The translations under genes and the position numbers were made by a program. Shown here piece after piece: positions 25,114 through 33,107 of a DNA stretch of 62,465 nucleotides. The first letter of the stretch is position 1, and each line of letters starts with the position of its first letter. Source of the DNA: Candidatus Promineifilaceae bacterium (GTDB taxonomy: Bacteria; Chloroflexota; Anaerolineae; Promineifilales; Promineifilaceae); contig JBGTIZ010000183.1 in NCBI GenBank assembly GCA_041745395.1, forward strand, positions 1-62,465, given 5' to 3'. The notes beneath the pieces were generated by a model. It did no database searches and was not told the DNA's origin. It was given only the letters and a program-made list of their open reading frames with translations.

Positions 25114-25287
25114 GGTCTTTCTCCTTGGATATTAGAAAGTGTCGCGGAAGTAAAACGTGAAAAGTAGAGCCAGCTACCTTTATAGAGCATCATACAGCAG
25201 GTTATGGTTGTTCACAAGAAGCAACACGGCCGTGTTCAGACTCAGCCCCACTCCCATTACGCCCCACTGAGTATAAAAACCACGCCT

Positions 25288-26064
25288 TCACGCCTGCAAC
25301 CGCGCCGCCAGCCACGTTAAACTAATTGCGTACCAACCCACGAGCTTGTTAAACCCCTGCTCCCCAAAATAGATAGCCAGCCCCGCCAGCACCGGGTGCC
25401 CCACATGGAAGCCCACCAGCGCGGGCACACAACTGTCCTCGCCCAGATTGAGCTGGTCACATAGCAGAGGCGTGCTACTGCTGAGGCTCGGTTCACTGAG
25501 CAAATGGCCGACTAAATCCACCCCGCTCAAAAGTTGCAGGCAGAGACCAGCAGGGAACAGGGCAAAGGCGCCTAGGGCAAGCGGAATGATGATGATAAGC
25601 TGACCGTAAATTTGCCACGTTTGCAGGGCAAAAGAGAGCGCGAATTTTGCTGGGGTGCGTGCGTATTTACCCTGATACAGGTCGCTGAGGCTGATACCAA
25701 GGGGGATGAGCAGAGTCAACCAAATGAGGGTAAATTCGGGACGGCCCAAAATGGTGGGCAGGGCGATGAGGTACAGGATGATTCGGAAGAGGAGCAGAAT
25801 CCCGGTGACACCAATGATAAGCAGGGTGAGGCGGGTGAGGTATTGCTCGACCATCTGCTGGGGGGTGAGTTGGTCATATTTTTGGCGCAGTTCAAGGGGC
25901 TTGAGCAGGGCAAAAATGCCGAGCATGATGAGCAGGATAAAGGCTGAGCCGCTTAGCCGGCGTTCTTCGAGCCACGCGCTTTGGTTGTAGACAGAGGCGA
26001 TGCCAGCGATAAGCAGGAAGAAGCCGCTGAGGGTGAGAATGATGAAGGTGTGTTGTTTGTTCAT
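25288..26064 (-). CDS. Polytopic membrane protein, unknown function
   Basis: 258 aa with about 7 hydrophobic helices. I recognise no family. Confidence 0.55.
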   Translation of the reverse strand: MNKQHTFIILTLSGFFLLIAGIASVYNQSAWLEERRLSGSAFILLIMLGIFALLKPLELRQKYDQLTPQQMVEQYLTRLTLLIIGVTGILLLFRIILYLIALPTILGRPEFTLIWLTLLIPLGISLSDLYQGKYARTPAKFALSFALQTWQIYGQLIIIIPLALGAFALFPAGLCLQLLSGVDLVGHLLSEPSLSSSTPLLCDQLNLGEDSCVPALVGFHVGHPVLAGLAIYFGEQGFNKLVGWYAISLTWLAARLQA

Positions 26065-26164
26065 ACTGATGTACAGGAGCTAAGTTCCTCAAAGGAACTT
26101 AGCTCCTAGGCAACCTAGGCCATGCGGTTGCGCAAATAAGACCAAGCTATCTGGCAAAAAAGAG

Positions 26165-26193
26165 GCTGAAATGCTGACGAGCTGAAGTGCTGA
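26165..26193. repeat. Four GCTGA pentamers at an exact 8-nt period, in the opposite orientation to the hpf and baeRF copies
   Basis: GCTGA at 26165, 26173, 26181 and 26189, in the spacer between the K+ channel stop and the next gene's start. Confidence 0.75.
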
Positions 26194-26197
26194 CCGC

Positions 26198-27910
26198 CTA
26201 TTTATCATGCCGACCCTTTGCCCCAAACTTGTGCAAAAATGCCTTTTCTGCTTCGGTCGTGCCAATGATGACTAACTCCGCATTAACGGGCAACGGCATA
26301 TCGGCGGGCGGGTTAATTTTTGACCCAGCGGCCGTGCGTAGGGCGACCACGTTACAGCCTGTTTCTTGGCGCACATTTGCCTCGGCCAGCGAACGCCCCA
26401 CCAGCGACTTGGGCACATGCACCTTAAACACGTCTACTCCTTCGGCCACCATGAGTACCGTACTGCGGTCGAGGATGCTGATAATGCTGTTGGCGCCCAT
26501 TGAAGCGTAAGATAGCACAAAATCTGCGCCGGCGCGGTGCAGGGTGGCGACGTTGCGCTCTAGCACGGCGCGGGTGATGATTTGAATGTCGGGGCGCAGG
26601 CGACGGCAATAAATGGTCAGGTAAATGTTGATGTCGTCGTCATGGGTGGTTATCACGGCCGTGCCTGTTTCTAAAATGCCCGCTTGCTCCAACACCTCCT
26701 TCTCGGCCGCATCCCCCAGAACATATTTGTGCGGGTCACGAATCCGCTCCTTATCTTTTTCCACAATGCGGTAATCGAGACCTCGTTGCGCCAAAGACAC
26801 GGCCGTGGCGCGACCCACGCGCCCCCCGCCAATAATAATCACCGGTACATCCCGTTCTGGCTCATGATACAAAAGCTCATTGTACTGCTTGAAACACCTC
26901 GGCGACCCCGCCAAAACCAGCACCGTGCCTTCATTTAATAACGTATCCGGCCCCGCGTTTTCATAATGACCCCGCTCCCACACCCCCAACACCGTTACGC
27001 CATACTTTTGGCGCAGGGCAACCTCCTTAATTGTCTTGCCCGCCAATGAATTATTGCCCACCGTTGCTTCTGCAATAATCAGGTCATCAATCTGTCCAAT
27101 TGGATGCGCCAGCGTCCCGCCGCCGCTAATGCGCCGCGCCAACGCTTGCCCCATCAAATGCCCCAACTGCAACACATGGTCACTCCCAGCCAGCTCTAAA
27201 ATATCGACCGACGCCGAGAAATTAGCCGTGGTCAAAACGGGCACGGTTTCCGAAATTTCCCGCACGGTAAAGGCCACGTTGGTATTGACCATGTCATTGG
27301 CGGTGCTGGCGACCAGCCGCGCGTTATTCACACGAATCCGCCGATAGGTTTCGGGGTCGTCTATGTCCCCCCACACCATTTTGTACCCGCTGTCGTGCAA
27401 ATCAAGCGTTTCGTTGAGGTCTGGATTGAGCAGAACATAGCTGTATTCATACCGTTTCAGCTTCTCGATGAGCGACTCTGTGACCGAATCAAGATGGGTC
27501 AAAATGATATGCCCTTCGGTGTTTGGCGGTAGCTCGCGGGGGGCACGGCCGGCCGCCTGGGCCTTCATCCACGGTGCGTAGAAAAATTCCATGAAGGTGA
27601 AGGGAAAGAGAACCAGCAAAAAGAGGATGCCGCTGAGCAGGACAACCGTTGAAAAAATACGGCCGATGTCGGATTGAAACGTAATATCTCCAAACCCTAG
27701 CGTAGACATGACGGTGAGCGTCCAGTAGAAGCCAGTTACCCAGCTATTGTTTTGCGTTTGCCCTTCGTAGGCCATGATGTAGTGGAAGATAACGCTGTAG
27801 ATTGTGACCAGCAGGGTGAGGGCCAAAATAAAGCGCAGGAGGCTGAGCAGGTTTACTCGCCCTGGCCCCTTGCGCATAAAGTAGTAGAGCAATGTGGGAA
27901 TTGATTTCAT
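26198..27910 (-). CDS. Potassium channel with two cytoplasmic RCK (TrkA-N/TrkA-C) domains
   Basis: Selectivity filter MSTLGFGDITF, followed by Rossmann motifs (IIIGGGRVGRATAVSL) and TrkA-C-like segments. Confidence 0.85.
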   Translation of the reverse strand: MKSIPTLLYYFMRKGPGRVNLLSLLRFILALTLLVTIYSVIFHYIMAYEGQTQNNSWVTGFYWTLTVMSTLGFGDITFQSDIGRIFSTVVLLSGILFLLVLFPFTFMEFFYAPWMKAQAAGRAPRELPPNTEGHIILTHLDSVTESLIEKLKRYEYSYVLLNPDLNETLDLHDSGYKMVWGDIDDPETYRRIRVNNARLVASTANDMVNTNVAFTVREISETVPVLTTANFSASVDILELAGSDHVLQLGHLMGQALARRISGGGTLAHPIGQIDDLIIAEATVGNNSLAGKTIKEVALRQKYGVTVLGVWERGHYENAGPDTLLNEGTVLVLAGSPRCFKQYNELLYHEPERDVPVIIIGGGRVGRATAVSLAQRGLDYRIVEKDKERIRDPHKYVLGDAAEKEVLEQAGILETGTAVITTHDDDINIYLTIYCRRLRPDIQIITRAVLERNVATLHRAGADFVLSYASMGANSIISILDRSTVLMVAEGVDVFKVHVPKSLVGRSLAEANVRQETGCNVVALRTAAGSKINPPADMPLPVNAELVIIGTTEAEKAFLHKFGAKGRHDK

Positions 27911-27968
27911 AGCTTCTATTGTAGGTGGGTTGGGCCTATTTCTTCAAATATTAGCTATGAGCCTACTG

Positions 27969-28093
27969 AAAAAAGGCAGAGGGCAGAGGGAAGAAGGAAG
28001 AAAAAGGGCGGGACTTCTCGAGAAAATCTCCGCGTTCTTGTATGGGCAATCTGTGACCAATACAGCTTTGTGCTCCTTGCGCTTTGGCGAGAG
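27969..28093. repeat. Intergenic dispersed repeat (MITE/REP-like), longest copy
   Basis: In reverse complement it shares both ends with 43190-43264 (CTCTCGCCAAAGCGCAAGGAGCA ... CCCGCCCTTTTTCTTCCTTCTTCCCTC). It shares an internal block (TCGAGAAAATCTCCGCGTTCT ... CAATCTGTGACCAATACA) with 45085-45208. Confidence 0.6.
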
Positions 28094-28216
28094 ATTTTAT
28101 CTTTTGGCCTGAGCCGCAAATTCTGAACGTTCTCTGAACGGTTGGTTGCTTACACTGGCAGGGTATCTTGAGTTGTCTACCCATCTATCAGTTGTATTGA
28201 AAAGGAGAACCAATCC

Positions 28217-30127
28217 ATGAGAAAGCATCTGTTGAGTACGCACCTGCGTTGGCTGGTTGTGTTGTTGGCTGTGGGGCTGTTGTCCACGGCCGTGTTGCCT
28301 GCCCCCGCCGCATCAACCACCCCCACCATTAACACGACCATTACCATTGATGCATCCGACGACCCCGACAACATTCAATCCCGCACCTGCACCTACAGCA
28401 GTGGCGGTACGGCCATACCCGCGCCCGATGGCCGCTGTACCCTGCGTCGCGCCCTCATCGAAGCGTCCGCTCGCCCACCAGCTGACCGCCCCATTGCGAT
28501 TGTGTTTGACCTAGCTACAGATGACCCCAACCGTGACCGGGATGCGACGGGCACATGGACAATTGTCATGGAGAGTGCCTTTCCTCCCCTTAGAACCCAG
28601 AGCATTCTAGATATCAATGGGGAAGTGATTATTAACGGCGATACGCAGAGCGGCGGCCGTGTTGAAGGCCCCAAAATCCTGATTGATACCAAAGATTATT
28701 CGTTGGAGATAGAAAGCGAAAACAACGAAATTCGCAATCTGGGCTTGATTAACGGGGGGGCTATTTTCCTCAAGGAAGATGGCAACCTAGTGGAGCATCT
28801 GTGGCTCGGTCTGAGCGGGGATGGACAATCTATCCAGCTACGCACGCCAGCCCAGCCCCAGCGGCTAGCAACAGGCGGCATCAATCTTCTTGCTAGCGAT
28901 AACATTGTGCGCCACAACACCATTGCCGGGGCGTTCAGTCCTGCTATCAACATAAATGGCGGCACGACCAATAACCAAATTCTGGATAACCAAATTGGCA
29001 CGCGGGCAGATGGTACAGTGCCCACCGTGCCGTCTGCGATTCAATGCTTGCGCAGTTTTAATTATGACCCCTCCAACTGGTATGGCGGCTGGGGTATTAA
29101 CCTAGCGGGCACGGGGCAAATTGTCTCGGGTAACCGCATTGCTGGCTTACACATTTTGCAGTCCGCCAACGATACGCCGCCGATGGCTCTGGAGATTTTC
29201 GGCTCAAGCCACACCATCGAGGAAAACATCATTGGGGTGGATAGTGCGGGGTCTCCCGTGGGCGTTTGTGGACAAGGTGTTAAAGTGAGCGGGAGCGGCA
29301 CGCAAATCGTGAACAACACCATCGTGCGCAGTCGCACCGGCTTTGAGGACACGTCCGGCAACGCTCTGAACGGGGCGATTTTGGCGAGCGATTCGTCGCC
29401 ACTATTTGGGCAAATCACGGTGCGCGGCAATATTGTCGAGGATGGGCCAGGCCAAATTTATGTCTTTGGACCACTAATCCCAATGTCTCTAAGCCAGTTC
29501 CGACCCGCGCGCATCACGGCTATTGACGGCACGGAGCTAACGGGCACAAACGGCAATGATAAAGACGGCAATGTGAGCGAGTGCCCCAACTGTGTCATTG
29601 ATTTTTATCTGGATGATTTGGACAACACGGGAGAGACGCTGGTTCATCTAGGTAGCACCACGGCCGATGCCAATGGCGATTTCACATTCAGCATGAGCCA
29701 GCCGTTGGGGCCAAATGAAGCGGTTCGCACCAGTAGCACGACGACTTCTTCGGGCGTGATTGGCACGCTGGGGTCAGGCACAACATCCCGCTTTTCGGGG
29801 CTGTATTTGCTCCAGACAGAGGTGTTGATGGCCGGGCCAACGACAGGGGACGAAGACGAGACGTATCAGTTCCCAGTGGGGGTTATTCCTGCGGAAACGG
29901 CCATTCCCATTAGCTACACCATTGCGGCCACGGATTACGAGACAGGGGTGGTGGTGCTAGACAGCACTTCGGCGGTCAGCTCTCTGCGCTGGACGACACC
30001 CGGCCTGAAAACGATTGAGATTACGGTGGATACAGGCTTGGCCACGGATACGGTGACGTATCAAATCCAGATTGGGGAGCCAGCCCCGCCCATGCAGGCG
30101 ATTTATTTGCCGCTGGTGACGCGGTAG
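28217..30127 (+). CDS. Secreted right-handed beta-helix protein (choice-of-anchor-Q-like N-terminus, PKD-like C-terminal domain, YLPLVTR tail)
   Basis: SD AAAAGGAG. Signal peptide MRKHLLSTHLRWLVVLLAVGLLSTAVLPAPAAS. The CTLRRALIEASARPPADRPIAIVFDL motif is followed by repeated NN.I..N.IG / GN.I.G turns. The protein ends ...EPAPPMQAIYLPLVTR. Confidence 0.7.
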   Translation: MRKHLLSTHLRWLVVLLAVGLLSTAVLPAPAASTTPTINTTITIDASDDPDNIQSRTCTYSSGGTAIPAPDGRCTLRRALIEASARPPADRPIAIVFDLATDDPNRDRDATGTWTIVMESAFPPLRTQSILDINGEVIINGDTQSGGRVEGPKILIDTKDYSLEIESENNEIRNLGLINGGAIFLKEDGNLVEHLWLGLSGDGQSIQLRTPAQPQRLATGGINLLASDNIVRHNTIAGAFSPAININGGTTNNQILDNQIGTRADGTVPTVPSAIQCLRSFNYDPSNWYGGWGINLAGTGQIVSGNRIAGLHILQSANDTPPMALEIFGSSHTIEENIIGVDSAGSPVGVCGQGVKVSGSGTQIVNNTIVRSRTGFEDTSGNALNGAILASDSSPLFGQITVRGNIVEDGPGQIYVFGPLIPMSLSQFRPARITAIDGTELTGTNGNDKDGNVSECPNCVIDFYLDDLDNTGETLVHLGSTTADANGDFTFSMSQPLGPNEAVRTSSTTTSSGVIGTLGSGTTSRFSGLYLLQTEVLMAGPTTGDEDETYQFPVGVIPAETAIPISYTIAATDYETGVVVLDSTSAVSSLRWTTPGLKTIEITVDTGLATDTVTYQIQIGEPAPPMQAIYLPLVTR

Positions 30128-30147
30128 TTTTGGGTGAAAAGAAAAAA

Positions 30148-30190
30148 GTTAGAAGCGAGAAGTAGGTTGATCCTACTTCTCACTTCTAAC
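30148..30190. terminator. Heptamer-array hairpin serving as a bidirectional terminator between convergent genes
   Basis: GTTAGAAGCGAGAAGTAGG (30148-30166), loop TTGAT, CCTACTTCTCACTTCTAAC (30172-30190). The stem is 19 bp with one mismatch. Confidence 0.65.
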
Positions 30191-30192
30191 TT

Positions 30193-31593
30193 CTAACTGC
30201 TCATGGGCAGGACAAAATAAAAACGGCTCCCACGGCCGAGTTCACTCTCTACCCCCACCCGACCGTCTAGCTTGTTGATAATCCGAGCCACGATGGTCAA
30301 GCCCAGTCCATGCCCTTCCGTTTTGGCATGAAGGCGGGCAAACTCCCGAAACAGTTGCTTCGTTTGTGCTTCGGATAGCCCCGCCCCGTTGTCTTGTATC
30401 CAAAACAGCAACTCCCCCGTTGCTTCGAGCCTATCCGCCCCCACGCTAATGTGACACGGCCGTCCCCCATATTTGAGCGCATTGCTCAGGTAGTTGACCC
30501 ATACCTCGACCAGCCACGGGGCGTAACCCACGGCCGTGGGCCAGCTCGGCGGCATCACAATTTCAGCCTCTGCCTGCTTGATCAACAAATCAAGCCGTAG
30601 CAGAGCAACCTCAACCACCTCAGCCATGTTGACTGGCTCCAGTTGCACCGCTTCGCGCCGAATCCGCGCCAGCAGGAGCAGTTCATCCACAATGTTAGAG
30701 GCGACTTTACTGCTGTGGGCGATTCTGCTGGTCACGTCGAGCAGTTCAGCGGGTTCCACGGCCGTGTGGGGCGTAAAAGACGCCTCGCTTATCTCTTCGT
30801 GTAGCAGGCCAGTGTAGCCATAAATGACGCCCAGCGGGGTTTTGAGGTCATGGGCCACGGTATGGGCGAAGGCGTCTAGCTCGTCGTTTTGCTGGGTAAG
30901 CTGGTCGTTGAGGGTTTCTAACACGGCCGTGTGTTCCTGCAACTGCTCATTCAACAAGGCCACATCCCGCTCCGCCAAAAACCCCTCCCACCGCTGATGC
31001 AACAGCGTACTGTGAAAAATGACGGCGATAGTCGCGCTACCCAGCACCGTCAGGAGCAAAAAAGGTTGCACCACTTGAATATATTCATTGGGGCTGTCCC
31101 ACACCACATTAAACAGCAGATAAGCCATGCTCGTACTCAAAATCATCGTGCGCGTGATGCGCGGCGGCCACGGCACAATCGGCAAAACGCTATTGGTCAA
31201 AATGACCAACGCCAAATATCCCACCACATCATCCACTACATAGCTAATCACCCCAGTTGCTATAAAAACAACCGCAAAGAGGGGGAAGAACACATGAACG
31301 GTGGGAATTTTGGGAAACCAGCGCAGAACGAGCGGCAGGCCAAGGAAGGCTAAGCCAATCGCCACATCAAGCAGAAGAACCATCCACAACAGCGGCTGGT
31401 CATAGTAGAACCAAGCGTTGGCGATGGTATACAGCACGATAATCACCGCCCCCACATAGCCAATTCCTGAAATCAGGGTGCGTCGGACAGGGCTAAGTGA
31501 GATGAAAAATTGCTCGACTAATGCGGGTTGGCCTGAGGGCAATGGTTGCCGCCAGACGGCCAGCCTGTCTTTTTCATTGGTGTTAACAGTCAT
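30193..31593 (-). CDS. Sensor histidine kinase with a multi-TM N-terminal sensor region
   Basis: H-box FAHTVAHDLKTPLGVIYGY. N and G boxes NALKYG...DNGAGL...GHGLGLTIVARIINKLDGRVGVESELGRGSRFYFVLP. About 6 N-terminal TM helices. Confidence 0.9.
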   Translation of the reverse strand: MTVNTNEKDRLAVWRQPLPSGQPALVEQFFISLSPVRRTLISGIGYVGAVIIVLYTIANAWFYYDQPLLWMVLLLDVAIGLAFLGLPLVLRWFPKIPTVHVFFPLFAVVFIATGVISYVVDDVVGYLALVILTNSVLPIVPWPPRITRTMILSTSMAYLLFNVVWDSPNEYIQVVQPFLLLTVLGSATIAVIFHSTLLHQRWEGFLAERDVALLNEQLQEHTAVLETLNDQLTQQNDELDAFAHTVAHDLKTPLGVIYGYTGLLHEEISEASFTPHTAVEPAELLDVTSRIAHSSKVASNIVDELLLLARIRREAVQLEPVNMAEVVEVALLRLDLLIKQAEAEIVMPPSWPTAVGYAPWLVEVWVNYLSNALKYGGRPCHISVGADRLEATGELLFWIQDNGAGLSEAQTKQLFREFARLHAKTEGHGLGLTIVARIINKLDGRVGVESELGRGSRFYFVLPMSS

Positions 31594-31934
31594 GCGCTCT
31601 GTTTTCTGGTTGTTTGGTCTGTTTTGTGGAGCGGGGAGGTTGGTGTGATTGTTTGGCGTGTTGCCCCATCAGTTGCTAATGCCCACAAATGCTGTATCGG
31701 ATAGCAGATGAGCAAGAGTATAACGGAAACTCGATTTTTGCAGTAATGCCCGTCTGGCAAAAGGGTGACTTGTTCAGCGATTTAGCCACAGCGTGCATCC
31801 GATGGCAGGTTTCGTCGGCCGTTTGGCTGGCATAGTGTGGGACGCTGGAAACTCTAACGGACTAAACAGGCGCGATTTTCACCAGTTTGAACAAGATATT
31901 TGCCTGATAGTTAGCCAATTTGCCCAAATTTTCC

Positions 31935-31963
31935 TTGACGTTGGTTTAGGCCAGTGATATAGT
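31935..31963 (+). promoter_or_regulatory. Sigma-70-like promoter for the amylopullulanase gene
   Basis: TTGACG (31935-31940), 17-nt spacer, TATAGT (31958-31963). Confidence 0.45.
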
Positions 31964-31978
31964 TGCCGCATCAACTAT
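31959..31978 (+). promoter_or_regulatory. Palindromic operator 1, overlapping the -10 box
   Basis: ATAGTTGCCGCATCAACTAT, with TAGTTG/CAACTA arms. It is part of a ~35-nt direct repeat whose other copy is 32008-32026. Confidence 0.45.
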
Positions 31979-32007
31979 TTACCTGTTTCTAACAGAAATG
32001 CAACCAG

Positions 32008-32026
32008 ATAGTTGCAGTATCAACTA
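32008..32026 (+). promoter_or_regulatory. Palindromic operator 2
   Basis: ATAGTTGCAGTATCAACTA, 49 nt downstream of operator 1. Both are followed by TTTACCTGT. Confidence 0.45.
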
Positions 32027-32231
32027 AATTTACCTGTCTGTTGGGGTGGTGGTCTAGGGGGTTTTGCCGAAATTTCTTGTTTGTTGACAGAGTTCGCCGC
32101 GCTTTGGCTATGCCTACGGGGCAGGGGGAGAACTCAAACGCTATAGGGTAAGCATCAAAATTTGTCGCGCTTTGGTCGCGCACAAACAAAGGCGATGTTT
32201 GCCCCGATATGTACGAAAGGAAGAAAGGTCG

Positions 32232-33107
32232 ATGAATAAATTATCGAAATACCGCTGGCAGTTTCTTTTTAGTCTAACCCTGCTCACCACGTTGTTTGGT
32301 GTAGTGGGGTTATTGTTTACAGGGGGGGGAACGGCCACGGCCGTGGAAAATGCCTCTCCCACGGCCGTGTCTAATACCAGCGCGGCCTTGGTTGGTAATT
32401 TGCAATCAGAACTTGGTTGTCCCGGTGATTGGCAACCAGACTGTGCCGAGACCGAATTGGTTAATGCTGGTAACGGTGTTTGGCGTGGTGAATTCACCAT
32501 TCCCACGGGCAGTTGGGAATATAAAATTGCCTTCAATGACACGTGGGACTACGCCATACCTAATGACAACGTGATCCTAGATGTGGTCACCGATACCATA
32601 GTTATTTTTTATGGGGATGACAAATCTAATGCGGTACTCGATACTGTAAATCATCCCCAAATCCCCGTGGCCGCTGGAAGCTTTCAAAGCGAACTCGGCT
32701 GTGCGGGCGATTGGCAACCCGAATGTGTGCTTTCCCTGCTGACCGATGCGGACAACAACGGCATTTACACCTTCGAGAACGACACTCTACCTGCTGGAAA
32801 CTATGAATTCAAAATCGCCTTCAACGAAATGTGGGGGGGCGATATTCCCGGTAACAACGTTCCCTTCACCATTGAAGCCGTAGGTGATCAACTTACCATT
32901 TCTTGGGATAGTAGCGACGATACGGTTACGGCTGATGTTGTTTACATAACGGAAGACCCTGTACTGGCCGCGCCCATCAGCCACACCATTCAGGACGAAA
33001 TCTTCTACTTTGTCCTGCCTGACCGGTTTGAAGATGGCGACCCCAGCAATAACGAAGGCCCCGCCCCCGGCGGAACCCCTCACCGAAACAGGGTATCTGC
33101 CCAATGA
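32232..33107 (+). CDS. Amylopullulanase N-terminal fragment (signal peptide, two starch-binding modules, start of the GH13 amylase domain), ended by a frameshift
   Basis: Start at ATG 32232 (MNKLSKYRWQFLFSLTLLTTLFG signal peptide, GGAAGAAAGG upstream). It has two copies of the LQSELGC.GDWQP.C...G.YEFKIAFN module. FYFVLPDRFEDGDPSNNEG then opens the GH13 domain, and the frame stops at 33105-33107. Confidence 0.8.
   Translation: MNKLSKYRWQFLFSLTLLTTLFGVVGLLFTGGGTATAVENASPTAVSNTSAALVGNLQSELGCPGDWQPDCAETELVNAGNGVWRGEFTIPTGSWEYKIAFNDTWDYAIPNDNVILDVVTDTIVIFYGDDKSNAVLDTVNHPQIPVAAGSFQSELGCAGDWQPECVLSLLTDADNNGIYTFENDTLPAGNYEFKIAFNEMWGGDIPGNNVPFTIEAVGDQLTISWDSSDDTVTADVVYITEDPVLAAPISHTIQDEIFYFVLPDRFEDGDPSNNEGPAPGGTPHRNRVSAQ

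Noticed and set aside
18234-26193. Whether the periodic GCTGA/TCAGC arrays or the heptamer arrays could be a CRISPR array.
   Set aside because: The units are 5-7 nt with 1-3 nt between them, each array is at most 40 nt long, there are no unique spacers, and no cas genes are present.
33010-33075. The track's N-terminus MSCLTGLKMATPAITKAPPPAEP for the 2034-aa ORF.
   Set aside because: It overlaps the end of 32232..33107, where the other frame encodes the conserved GH13 DRF..GDPSN motif. The real protein enters this frame by the frameshift, not by initiation here.
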